From assembly GCA_021827705.1 (NCBI GenBank), contig JAKAUQ010000018.1:21927-85926 (forward strand): DNA of 64,000 nt, in the 5' to 3' direction. The notes under the pieces are model-generated. The model was not told where the DNA came from and ran no database searches. It saw only the letters and a program-made list of their open reading frames with translations. Source of the stretch: Actinomycetes bacterium. Its GTDB lineage: Bacteria > Actinomycetota > Acidimicrobiia > Acidimicrobiales > RAAP-2. The position numbers and the translations under genes were made by a program. Every line of letters begins with the position of its first letter. Position 1 is the first letter of the stretch. Shown here piece after piece: positions 54,687 through 63,821 of the stretch.

Positions 54687-55504
54687 GCCACCTCCGCCTT
54701 GCGTCGGGACCGCCGTGACTCGGACCGGTCCAAAGAGACCATCACCGTGATCAGCACCCACGTACCGATCAGCGACAGCATCGACACCATGGTCGCGATG
54801 TGCCCGTCGGTCTGCTGGAACTGATAGATCCACACCGGCAGCGTCGTCCACAGGTCCAGGCTGGCCATGGTGAACTCACCGAGCACCAGGGCCAGCGTCA
54901 GCACTGACGCTGACAGGATGCCCGCGCGCAGGTTGGGCAGGATGACGCGCCACAGCGTCTGGGGCCCGTTGGCTCCCAGCGACCGGCTGGCCTCGACCAG
55001 CGTCTTGAGATCGATGGCGGAGATCCCGGCGTCCAGTGAGCGGTAGACGAAGGGCATCGTCAAGATCACGTACATCAGGCTGAGCAGGTACGGCGACGCC
55101 TTGAGCCAGATCGGCGCGGCCCGCAGCACGCCGAGGATGAGCACGATGGGCGGGATCACGATCGGCAGCACCGTCACGAACTCCAGGAGGCGCCGCACGC
55201 GCGGCAGATGCAGGTGGACGTAGATGGTGGTCGGCACCATCAGCACGAGGGTTCCCACGAGGGTCGTGAAGGCCAGCTTGATGGAGAGCCAGAACGCTCC
55301 GGTGAAGCCGATCTGGGAGGGAATGGCGCGCAGCGCGTAGAGCGACCAGTGTCCCGCATCGTCCTGGAACGAGAAGCGCAGCCCGGCGTAGAGCGGGATG
55401 AGAAAGTACGCGGCGGCTATCCCGAGGACGAGGCCGCGCCACACGCGCACCCGGTGGCGTCGCGGTGCGGGGGCCACACCGGCAGCGGAGGTCAGCGCAA
55501 CCAT
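54683..55504 (-). CDS. ABC transporter permease (PotC-like)
   Basis: TM helices; LVEASRSLGA (EAA motif); overlaps neighbours. Confidence 0.9.
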   Translation of the reverse strand: MVALTSAAGVAPAPRRHRVRVWRGLVLGIAAAYFLIPLYAGLRFSFQDDAGHWSLYALRAIPSQIGFTGAFWLSIKLAFTTLVGTLVLMVPTTIYVHLHLPRVRRLLEFVTVLPIVIPPIVLILGVLRAAPIWLKASPYLLSLMYVILTMPFVYRSLDAGISAIDLKTLVEASRSLGANGPQTLWRVILPNLRAGILSASVLTLALVLGEFTMASLDLWTTLPVWIYQFQQTDGHIATMVSMLSLIGTWVLITVMVSLDRSESRRSRRKAEVA

Positions 55505-56424
55505 TTCGACGCCCGTCGCTGGATGAGCCCGTAGAGGATCATCGTCACAGCCAGCACCACGAACATGCCGAAGCCGATCGCGTAACCGATGTTCTCCTGG
55601 CCCGAAATGGCATTGCCGTTGAGCAGGTTGCCGATCTGGATCGGGGCCAGGGTCACCGTTCCGGCAGTCAGGGTCTCCGCCGTCGCGTAGGCGGCGAAGG
55701 AGCTCCCGAACAGCAGCAGCATGCCGCCCAGGACCGACGGGAACAGCACCGGCAGGCCGATGTGGCGCCAGAAGCGCCAGGTCGAGGCGCCCAGGTTCGA
55801 AGCGGCCTCCCGCCACGCGGGACGCAGCGCACCCAGTGCCGGAGTGATCACCAACACCATGAGGGGAACCTGGAAGTAGAGGTAGACGAAGGCGACGCCG
55901 TAGAACGAGTAGAGGTTGAACCCAAGGTTCCAGGGGTTCAGATGGATCGCCGCCAGCCACGACGTGAGGATCCCGGTGGACCCCAGCGTGGCGATGAACA
56001 TGAAAGTCAGGTTGATGCCCCCGAAGTTGGCCAGGACTCCCGACGCGGTCGCGATCATCCGGCGCAGGAAGGGGCTGCGCGATGTGGCGATGGCGTAGGC
56101 CAGCGTCAGCCCCAGGAATCCGGGGATCACGGAGGTGAGCGCCGCGAGCAGGATCGAGTTCTCGAAGCCCAGCAGATAGGTCCCGTGGGTGATGGTCGAC
56201 ACATTGGCCAGCGTTAGGTGGCCCTTCGGATTCCGGAATGCGTAGTCGATGACCGCCAGGATCGGAATGCCCAGCCCCAAGAAGACGTAGACGATGAAGG
56301 GCGTGACCGCCGCGGCACGCCTCAGGCCACGCCACCGCCGGACGCCCGACGCCACCCGCGCGGCTGACAGTTCGTCAGCCCCACGGGTGGCGTCGGCGTC
56401 CCCCGCCAGACCGGACTCACTCAC
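55492..56424 (-). CDS. ABC transporter permease (PotB-like)
   Basis: TM helices; WREAASNLGA (EAA motif). Confidence 0.9.
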   Translation of the reverse strand: MSESGLAGDADATRGADELSAARVASGVRRWRGLRRAAAVTPFIVYVFLGLGIPILAVIDYAFRNPKGHLTLANVSTITHGTYLLGFENSILLAALTSVIPGFLGLTLAYAIATSRSPFLRRMIATASGVLANFGGINLTFMFIATLGSTGILTSWLAAIHLNPWNLGFNLYSFYGVAFVYLYFQVPLMVLVITPALGALRPAWREAASNLGASTWRFWRHIGLPVLFPSVLGGMLLLFGSSFAAYATAETLTAGTVTLAPIQIGNLLNGNAISGQENIGYAIGFGMFVVLAVTMILYGLIQRRASKWLR

Positions 56425-57585
56425 CTACGGGCCTGAGGTGACCTCGGTTGGCCACAGCTTGGACACGACGGTCTCGGCCTTGAGGATCTGGGCCTGGGTC
56501 GGGTACTGCACACCCGTCGTAGGCGCCGGCGGCAGAGCTGCCAGCCACTTGGCGTTGGCCAGGTGGTGCGCCGACATGAAGGGGAGCTCCACCGGTCGGG
56601 CCATGCCCGCCAGCCACAGGTTCTGACCCTGGTTCGAGTAGAGGAACTCCTCCCACAGGCGCGCGGCCGCCGGGTCCGGGGCCGACGCGCTGATGGCCTG
56701 GGTGTAGTACTCGGCCAGCGCCGCGTCCGAGGGGATCACAACCTTCCACTTGTGCGTGTAGCCCGGCAGCGCCTTGACCTCACTGGCCTGCAGGTAGTCC
56801 CACCAGACCACGATGTTGGTCGCCCCGCTCTGGACCGTGGATGGGCCCGCCACGGTGGCCACGAAGTTGCCGACCTTGTTCATCGTCGAGAAGTAGTTGA
56901 CTCCCGGCTTGACGTTGTTCAGCGATCCGCCCGAGGCGATGGCCGCGGCCATCACCGCCGCCAGAGCCGACGACGACGCCGTGGGGTTGTTGTTGATCCC
57001 AATCTTGTAGCCCTGACCCGGCTTCAGCATCTGGGCGAACGAGGTGGGACAGTGCTTCACCACGGTGGTGTCGCACCCGATGGCCACGAACCCGCCGTAG
57101 TCGTCGAACCAGTACCCCCCGGGTTGCTTCAGCGCCGCGGGAATCCGCGACCACGTCTGCACGCGGTACGGGGACAGCAGGTGTCGCTGCTGAGCCGTGA
57201 TAGCGAAGTTCGTGCCCACATCGATGACATCGGGCGCGCTCGTGCGGCCTCGGTCCGCGATGATCGCGTTGATCTCGTCCTGGCTCGAGCCATCCGGGTT
57301 GTACGAGTTCACCTTGATGCCGTACTTCTTCGCGAAGGTGTTGATCAACGCCCCGTAGTTCGCCCAGTTCGGCGGCAAGGCGATGACGTTGAGCTTGCCT
57401 TCCTTCCTCGCCGCGGCGATCAGTGCGCTCATCGATGTCGGCCCCGACTTCGACAGCGTCTGCACCTTGGCCCAATTGACGGCGCCGGCTCCGCCGGCTG
57501 ACCCCACGCTGAGCGTGGCGAACGACAGCAGGCTGATGGCCGCCGTTCCCGCTGCGAGCGCTGCTCTCAGGTTCGCAGATCTCAT
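56425..57585 (-). CDS. ABC substrate-binding protein (PotD/AfuA-like class)
   Basis: Signal peptide, ARKEGKLNVIALPPNWANYG, APDVIDVG, VVWWDY, AARLWEEFLYS..GQ. Confidence 0.9.
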   Translation of the reverse strand: MRSANLRAALAAGTAAISLLSFATLSVGSAGGAGAVNWAKVQTLSKSGPTSMSALIAAARKEGKLNVIALPPNWANYGALINTFAKKYGIKVNSYNPDGSSQDEINAIIADRGRTSAPDVIDVGTNFAITAQQRHLLSPYRVQTWSRIPAALKQPGGYWFDDYGGFVAIGCDTTVVKHCPTSFAQMLKPGQGYKIGINNNPTASSSALAAVMAAAIASGGSLNNVKPGVNYFSTMNKVGNFVATVAGPSTVQSGATNIVVWWDYLQASEVKALPGYTHKWKVVIPSDAALAEYYTQAISASAPDPAAARLWEEFLYSNQGQNLWLAGMARPVELPFMSAHHLANAKWLAALPPAPTTGVQYPTQAQILKAETVVSKLWPTEVTSGP

Positions 57586-57734
57586 GGATTGCCCTCACGT
57601 TCCCGCACGAGTGTGCTCGAGCCGTCCCCCTGACGGTCCGAGCGTCACAGTATCCGAGTTGCCTGTCCGGCGTGTGACCGGGGCGCACCAGTCTCGTGAA
57701 GAGTCGCCCATGCCCTCACCGGTAGGGTGACCTC

Positions 57735-58553
57735 GTGGAACCTCGCTGCGCCTTGACCATCGCGGGCTCCGACTCCGGGGGCGGGGCCGGAATCCAGGCC
57801 GACCTGCGCACCTTTAGTGCATTCGGCGTTCACGCCACGACCGCGCTCACGGCGGTTACCGCGCAAAACACCCGCACGGTGAGCGCTGTTGTCCCGCTCC
57901 GGCCCCGCGACGTGGTCGCCCAAGTTGACGCGGTCCTCGAGGACTTCCCCATCCGTGCGGTCAAGACCGGCATGCTGGCCGAGCCCGGGATCGTGCTGGC
58001 GGTGGCGCAACTGGCCGAGCAGAATCGCCTCGCGCATCTCATCGTCGACCCCGTCCTGGTCTCCTCGACTGGGTCACTGCTGCTCGCCGACGGCGGGATC
58101 GAGGCCTACCGCGACGCCCTGATCCCGCAGGCTGAGCTGATCACCCCCAACCTGCCCGAGGCAGCTGCTCTGGCCGGCGTCGACGTGCGCGACCTGCGTG
58201 ACGTCGCGTCCCTGGCAGCGGTGGCGCGAGCACTCCAGCGTCTGGGCGCACGGGCCGTCCTGGTCAAGGGGGGCCACGTGACGTCGCCGGGGGCCGCCGT
58301 CCACTCACCCGACGTCCTGGTCTTGGCCGACGAGGTCGTCGTCTTGGAGGCCGAGCGCGTGGCCACCGTCAACGACCACGGCACCGGGTGCTCCCTCTCG
58401 GCGGCCATCGCGGCAGGACTCGCCCTGGATCGCTCCCTGCCTGACGCCGTCCGGGACGCCAAGGCGTTTGTGCTGGCCGCCTTGCGCGGAGCGGAGCGGT
58501 GGCACCTCGGTGGCGGGCACGGGCCCATCGATCACTTCGGATGGGGGACGTGA
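57735..58553 (+). CDS. thiD: Hydroxymethylpyrimidine/phosphomethylpyrimidine kinase
   Basis: [49 protein letters not shown]. Confidence 0.95.
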   Translation: MEPRCALTIAGSDSGGGAGIQADLRTFSAFGVHATTALTAVTAQNTRTVSAVVPLRPRDVVAQVDAVLEDFPIRAVKTGMLAEPGIVLAVAQLAEQNRLAHLIVDPVLVSSTGSLLLADGGIEAYRDALIPQAELITPNLPEAAALAGVDVRDLRDVASLAAVARALQRLGARAVLVKGGHVTSPGAAVHSPDVLVLADEVVVLEAERVATVNDHGTGCSLSAAIAAGLALDRSLPDAVRDAKAFVLAALRGAERWHLGGGHGPIDHFGWGT

Positions 58554-59101
58554 GCCAGGAGCGCCCACCGCTGACCACGACCACCAGCCTCTGGCCGGCG
58601 GCCGTAGTCGTCGGCCTGGGCGCCAGCATCCTGGCGATCTTCCTGCTCATCAACGCCCTGGCCAATCCGACCGTCACCACGACGACGGTGCCCGTGGTGG
58701 TGGGAGGCCTCCCCGCGGCGCACTCCAATGCCGTGGTCACGGGCTGCCAGCAGCCGGGCACTCCCCCGCCCAACATCGCCAGCGCCTTGATCGTCCCGGT
58801 GCGCACCGCGCCAGGGGGCCCCGTCGTCCACGCCAACGGCGGCGCCGGTGACTACGACTGCTACCGCTCGCTGGTCACGCGAGCGCCCAGCAGCCAGATC
58901 CTCGGCTTCTACCGTGCTCGCCTGAGCACCACGGGCTGGGCACTCTTCTCCTCGGCCCAGGCACCCACCGGTCCCGAGATGCTGTTTCAGAAGGCCGGAT
59001 CCGACACCTTCTACTGGGTCGTGGGTATCGCGATCCTGGGGCACCACGGGTCCCAGACCAAGTGGCAGTTCCGCATCTACCAGAACTCGGCGTCGATCTA
59101 G
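58550..59101 (+). CDS. Single-TM hypothetical protein with Thr-rich linker and extracytoplasmic domain
   Basis: GTGA overlap with thiD; TM helix, VTTTTVP linker, Cys pair, FY..RL...GW motif. Confidence 0.7.
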   Translation: MSQERPPLTTTTSLWPAAVVVGLGASILAIFLLINALANPTVTTTTVPVVVGGLPAAHSNAVVTGCQQPGTPPPNIASALIVPVRTAPGGPVVHANGGAGDYDCYRSLVTRAPSSQILGFYRARLSTTGWALFSSAQAPTGPEMLFQKAGSDTFYWVVGIAILGHHGSQTKWQFRIYQNSASI

Positions 59102-60396
59102 GCCTCCGACATCGCGGCGACCGCCTCGACGGCCGGCTCGCGTACCGGACTCAGGCACCACGCCCACACCAGCAGGTTCAGCGGGTAGATGACGTAGCCG
59201 ATCCGGGTCGCCGACGCCGCCAGGATGACGCCGATGAAGAGCACCGCGACCGCCCGCAGGGCCCGCGGCGTGCTGAGGGGCCAGTGCTGCCGAACGTGTC
59301 GCCACCCCCCCAGGACCACGGCGATCAGCGTCAAGGGAATGAGCACGTGCCCGAGTGCGGGAACCGCATCGGTGAGGTAGTGCCCCGGCAGAGGAGAGGC
59401 CGCCGGTGACGCCACGCCCGAGAGCCCGAGCGGGAAGGCCACGACGTTGGCCAGGAAGGCCCGCGGAGACAGTGCGGCGAAGGGTGCCGCCGTCACCGCG
59501 ACGATCCCCGCCACCAGCGACGCCACCCGCATCCAACCGCGATCACCCCGCCGGCGCGACGCCACGACCAGCACCAGCACCGCGACGACGGGCCACGCCG
59601 TCAACTTCATGGCCGCCGCCACACCCAGGGCCACCCCGGCAGTTCGCCAGGCGCGCCGCTCCAGCGCCACCACCCCGAGCAGCAAGAGGGCGAGGATCGG
59701 CATGTCATCACCACCGGTGGACAAGAACAGCGCCCCGGTGGGCAGCACCGCCAGCATCTGGGCGACCCGCAGGCGCCGGTCCGGCGGCGCGCGCAGCAGG
59801 GCCAGGGCGCCGAGCATCACGAGCAGCGTGGCCAGGGACATGATGATCCGCGCGTCGGTCAGGCCCGTCGACTGGTGCGTCGCGGCCGAGGGCAGCCCAA
59901 AGACGCTCATCAGCGGCAGGTAGGGGAAGAACGAGGCGTAGGCCGGCAGCCCCTTGACGGCGTTGACCACGCGCCCGTCATTGACGTAGGCCCGATAGGG
60001 ATCCAGGCCCTTCGTGACCAGCGCCGCCGAGCGCTCGATCACCCCGACCTCGGGCTGCGCGTAGGCCAGGCCCGGGTCGACGTGGCGCCACCGCGCCTCC
60101 AGCCCGAGCGGGATGGCTAGCACCCCGACGCCGACCAGGGCCGTGAGGGCAATGCGCGCGACGAGGGCGCCCCGTCGGCGCCAATGCCGCATGCCCACAG
60201 CGACCAGGGCCCCGACCGCGTAGGGGGCAGCCGCCAGCCAGCCCCAGTCCCGTTGAGCCGGCTGGGTCGTGACGATCGCCAGCCCGAGGGCGAAGGCGCT
60301 GGAGGCACCGTAGAGCCAGGCGTCCCGGGACCACGGAGAGAGCGCGCCCCAGAAGTCCATGATGCGGGCGCGCGCAACCAAGAAGCGCGCGTTCAC
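59098..60396 (-). CDS. GT-C fold polytopic glycosyltransferase (GT87/DUF2029-like)
   Basis: Many TMs; QPEV, G.DPY, FFPYLP, GGDD, MKLTAWP. Confidence 0.75.
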   Translation of the reverse strand: MNARFLVARARIMDFWGALSPWSRDAWLYGASSAFALGLAIVTTQPAQRDWGWLAAAPYAVGALVAVGMRHWRRRGALVARIALTALVGVGVLAIPLGLEARWRHVDPGLAYAQPEVGVIERSAALVTKGLDPYRAYVNDGRVVNAVKGLPAYASFFPYLPLMSVFGLPSAATHQSTGLTDARIIMSLATLLVMLGALALLRAPPDRRLRVAQMLAVLPTGALFLSTGGDDMPILALLLLGVVALERRAWRTAGVALGVAAAMKLTAWPVVAVLVLVVASRRRGDRGWMRVASLVAGIVAVTAAPFAALSPRAFLANVVAFPLGLSGVASPAASPLPGHYLTDAVPALGHVLIPLTLIAVVLGGWRHVRQHWPLSTPRALRAVAVLFIGVILAASATRIGYVIYPLNLLVWAWCLSPVREPAVEAVAAMSEA

Positions 60397-60405
60397 GTTC
60401 CGAGC

Positions 60406-61197
60406 CTACTGGCCCCCAGGTCCCGGTGGCGGCAGCGCCCGCCGGAGAGGCTGGCGTGTCTGGGGGACCGCGGGCCCCCGGAGAAACCCCTCGATCAGCT
60501 GGGCGCACAGCGCGGGGCGCTCCGACAGCACGACGTGCGAGGCTCCCGGCACGATGGCCAGCTGTCCCCGCGGCAGTGCCCGGTACAGCGTGACCAGGTG
60601 CTCGAGCCGGGTGGAGTCGTCATCGCCTCCCATCACCAGCGTCGGGTGCGTCACGCGCTGCATGTCGCTCTCATCGAGGGATGGCTCGGTGGCAAAGAGC
60701 CGCAGGGACTTGCGCGCCACGGCGCGCGCGTGCCCTGGACCATCCGGCGACAGGCGCCCGAAGCGCTCGGCCCACTGGTCGAACACGGGTCCGTGCAGGG
60801 GGAACGGCGTCATCTCCTCGAGGCCCGCCGGGGAGAGATTGCCCCCCACCACGACGAGGCGCCGCACGAGCTCGGGCGTGCGCAGCGCGACCAGCAGGGC
60901 CACGATGGCCCCGTCACTGTGGCCCACCAGGTGGGCCGGGCGCCCCAGGTGGCGCAGGAACGCGATCGTCTCGCTGGCCATGTCGTCGTAGTGGAACGGG
61001 GCCGGTGTGTCGGCGGTGCGACCGTGGCCCCGCCGGTCGAAGGCCGACACGCGGTACCGGTCGTGGAGGCGACCCCCGATGCGACGCAGCAGTCCCCCCG
61101 ACGAACTCAGCCCCCCGTGCAGCAGCACGAGGTCAGGCCCACGGGTGCGACCCACGGAGACCCACGTGGGATGCCCATCGAGGGTCAGCGTCCCCAT
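60406..61197 (-). CDS. Alpha/beta hydrolase
   Basis: LLHGG, FDRRGHGRT, GHSDGA nucleophile elbow, PGASH. Confidence 0.9.
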   Translation of the reverse strand: MGTLTLDGHPTWVSVGRTRGPDLVLLHGGLSSSGGLLRRIGGRLHDRYRVSAFDRRGHGRTADTPAPFHYDDMASETIAFLRHLGRPAHLVGHSDGAIVALLVALRTPELVRRLVVVGGNLSPAGLEEMTPFPLHGPVFDQWAERFGRLSPDGPGHARAVARKSLRLFATEPSLDESDMQRVTHPTLVMGGDDDSTRLEHLVTLYRALPRGQLAIVPGASHVVLSERPALCAQLIEGFLRGPAVPQTRQPLRRALPPPGPGGQ

Positions 61198-61231
61198 GCC
61201 GTCATCGTAGGCACGCTCGTAGGCTGGGTCG
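61198..61231. promoter_or_regulatory. Back-to-back divergent leaderless promoters
   Basis: -10 TACGAT (minus, 61209-61204) and -10 TAGGCT (plus, 61220-61225), each 6 nt from its start codon. Confidence 0.6.
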
Positions 61232-62212
61232 ATGCGAGCATTCCAGATTGACGAGACCGACGGGCTGCGCTGCGAAGTCGTCGAGGTGCCCACTCCCCAC
61301 CGCGGGGACGGCGAGGTCCTGGTCGCCGTGCAGTGGAGCGGCGTCAACTACAAGGACGCGATGGTGGCTGAGGCCGGCAGCCGGGTGCGACGTGCGTCGC
61401 GTCTGATCGGCGGTGTCGACGCCGCGGGCGTCGTGGTGGCCAGTGACGACCCGGACCTGCCCGACGGCACGACCGTCGCGGTCCACGGCGGCGTCCTGGG
61501 CGTGGCCCGCGATGGTGGCTTCGCCCAGTACGTCTCGGCCCCGCGCGCCTGGATCTCCCCCCTGCCGGCGGGACTCTCCTCCCACGACGCCATGGCCATG
61601 GGGACCGCCGGTCTGGCGGCGATGGCCAGCGTCCTGGCCCTCGAGGATCGTGGGACCCTCGACGGCGAGATCCTGGTCACCGGCGCTAGCGGCGGCGTGG
61701 GATCGATCGCGGTGAGCCTCCTGGCCGCCCGGGGCCATCAAGCCGTCGCCTCCACGGGCTCGGCGTCGGCTGCCGAGTGGCTGCGCACCAGGGGCGCCTC
61801 TCGCGTCATCGGCCGTGACGACGTGGCCGACCGACCCGACCGCGTCCTGGGAACGCCCCAGTGGGCCGGGGCGATCGACTGCGTGGGCGGCACCACGCTC
61901 GCCAACATCCTGCGCTCGCTGCGCTACGGCGCCGCCGTCGCCGCGAGCGGGCTCGTCGCTGGAGCGGAGCTGGCCACGACGGTCTACCCGTTCATCACCC
62001 GCAACGTCGCGCTCCTCGGCATCGACGTTGTGGAGGCGCCCCCTGAGGTGCGCGGGCGCCTGTGGCGCGAGCTGGCGACCACCGTGGCCCGCATCGACCT
62101 CGCAGCCCTCGTGGAGCGGACGATCGGGCTGGCCGATCTGGCCGGCACGCTCGACGATCTGCGGGCCGGCGCCGTGCGCGGCCGGGTCCTGGTGGACCCG
62201 GCCGCGCACTGA
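61232..62212 (+). CDS. MDR oxidoreductase, YhdH/AcuI (acryloyl-CoA reductase) family
   Basis: SGVNYKDA, GVDAAG, GGFAQY, GTAGLAA, VTGASGGVGS, PFITRNVALLGID. Confidence 0.88.
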   Translation: MRAFQIDETDGLRCEVVEVPTPHRGDGEVLVAVQWSGVNYKDAMVAEAGSRVRRASRLIGGVDAAGVVVASDDPDLPDGTTVAVHGGVLGVARDGGFAQYVSAPRAWISPLPAGLSSHDAMAMGTAGLAAMASVLALEDRGTLDGEILVTGASGGVGSIAVSLLAARGHQAVASTGSASAAEWLRTRGASRVIGRDDVADRPDRVLGTPQWAGAIDCVGGTTLANILRSLRYGAAVAASGLVAGAELATTVYPFITRNVALLGIDVVEAPPEVRGRLWRELATTVARIDLAALVERTIGLADLAGTLDDLRAGAVRGRVLVDPAAH

Positions 62213-62239
62213 CACTGCGCGCACGGCGCCGCTGGCCGG

Positions 62240-63727
62240 CTACTCGTCGGCCACGATAGAGCCGACGCGATCGCCGACCGCGGGGTCGCGCGCCACGAGG
62301 AAGAAGGCGTAGATCACCGCGAGGAAGATCACGACCAGAGCCGCCCACGGGAACCAGCTGTACGGCTGGAGCTGACCCGGCTTGGCCAGGTAGTACAGCG
62401 GCACCAGGATGGTCAGCACACCCAGTCCGGGCAAGACGCCGTGACGGAACGCGTTGAAGCGATCCGGGTGGTGACGCCGGTAGTAGAAGGGCAGCGCCAG
62501 GTTGCTCAGCCCGTAGACCACCAGCACCAGGATCGTGCCGAACGTGGAGGACTCGGCAAAGAAGTTGACCGCGTTCATCCCGGCGGACGCCCCGTGGCCA
62601 CCCAGCAGGTGCCCGAGGCCCCACGCCAGGATGATCAGCAACGTGCCGCCCAAGAAGACCATGAGTGCCTTGACCGGTGTGCGACGCTTGGCGTGCACCT
62701 GCCCGATGAATCCGGGAAGCAGACCCTCGCGTCCCGCGTTAAACACCAGTCGCGCCTGGGAGTTCGTGCCGGCGATGAGAGCCCCGAGCGTCGACGTCAT
62801 GCCCGCCAGGAACGCGAAGAACGCCGCCGCGCCCACCACGCCCTTGGCAACGGTGATGAACGGGATCAGGTTATTGCTCAGCTTGGTCACGTTGCCGGCG
62901 AATCCCACCACAGTCGAGTAGGCGAACAGCAGGTAACTCACGAGCATGATCAACGTCGAGGTGAACACGGCTCGCGGAACGTTGCGCCGCGGGTTGTTGG
63001 TCTCCTCGGCCAGTGCCGCCGAGTTCTCCCATCCGATGAACAGGTACACCGCGAGGGGGAATCCTGCCGCCAGGCCCCGGAACCCGTTGGTGATGTTGTG
63101 CGGGTTGAAGGGCGCGGCATTGATGTGCGCGTGGTACTTGACCAGCGCCACGATGCTGACGACCACCAAGACCAGCATCTCGAAGGCGAAGAAGAATCCG
63201 GCGATCTTGGTCGAGACCGAGACTCCCCGGATCATCATGAAAGCCGCGAAGGCCAGGAAGACCAACGTCCACACGAACCACGGAACGCTCTCGAGTCCGC
63301 TGACGTTGTAGTTCTGCAGCAGGATCTGGAAGAAGCCCCCCACGATCGCGACGACCGACGCCATGGCGGCGATGTAGCCCGTGCCCGTGAGGAGTGCGGT
63401 CGTCACGCCCGTGCGCGGGCCAAAGGTCTTGCCCACGAAGGTGATGAATCCGCCCGTTGACGGCATCACCTTGGTGAACTCCGACAGGGTGTTGGCCAAG
63501 AACAGGATCGTCACCCCCGCCGCCACGATCGTCAGTGGCGACGCCACTCCCGCTGTAAGGGCCAAGGTGCCGAACCCGAAGAAGAACGACATCGCCGGCC
63601 CAATGTTGGCCATCGTGGCAGCGGCGATGTCGAGGAGTCCGAGGACCCCTCGATGCAGCCGTTCGTGCTCACCCGGAACCGCGGGAACCTTGGCTCCGAG
63701 TGACTCGGGCGTGAAACCCTCGCTCAT
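62240..63727 (-). CDS. APC family amino acid/polyamine permease
   Basis: About 12 TMs; ANIGPA, STGGF, FIGWENSAALAEET.NPRRNVPRA; GGAGGG SD. Confidence 0.9.
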   Translation of the reverse strand: MSEGFTPESLGAKVPAVPGEHERLHRGVLGLLDIAAATMANIGPAMSFFFGFGTLALTAGVASPLTIVAAGVTILFLANTLSEFTKVMPSTGGFITFVGKTFGPRTGVTTALLTGTGYIAAMASVVAIVGGFFQILLQNYNVSGLESVPWFVWTLVFLAFAAFMMIRGVSVSTKIAGFFFAFEMLVLVVVSIVALVKYHAHINAAPFNPHNITNGFRGLAAGFPLAVYLFIGWENSAALAEETNNPRRNVPRAVFTSTLIMLVSYLLFAYSTVVGFAGNVTKLSNNLIPFITVAKGVVGAAAFFAFLAGMTSTLGALIAGTNSQARLVFNAGREGLLPGFIGQVHAKRRTPVKALMVFLGGTLLIILAWGLGHLLGGHGASAGMNAVNFFAESSTFGTILVLVVYGLSNLALPFYYRRHHPDRFNAFRHGVLPGLGVLTILVPLYYLAKPGQLQPYSWFPWAALVVIFLAVIYAFFLVARDPAVGDRVGSIVADE

Positions 63728-63821
63728 GTCCCTCCCCTGCTCGCGTGCGCGTCGTTGCGCACTGGCGCTCGTGGCGCTTCCGAGCACGGTAGTCCAGCGT
63801 GATGCGGCGAACGGGTATTTT

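Noticed and set aside
57586-57734. TPP riboswitch upstream of thiD
   Set aside because: No CTGAGA or ACCTG conserved elements; thiD appears leaderless
58550-60396. GT87 glycosylating the neighbouring Thr-rich membrane protein
   Set aside because: Genes are convergent with separate promoters; GT87 enzymes usually act on glycolipids or glycans, and adjacency is the only support
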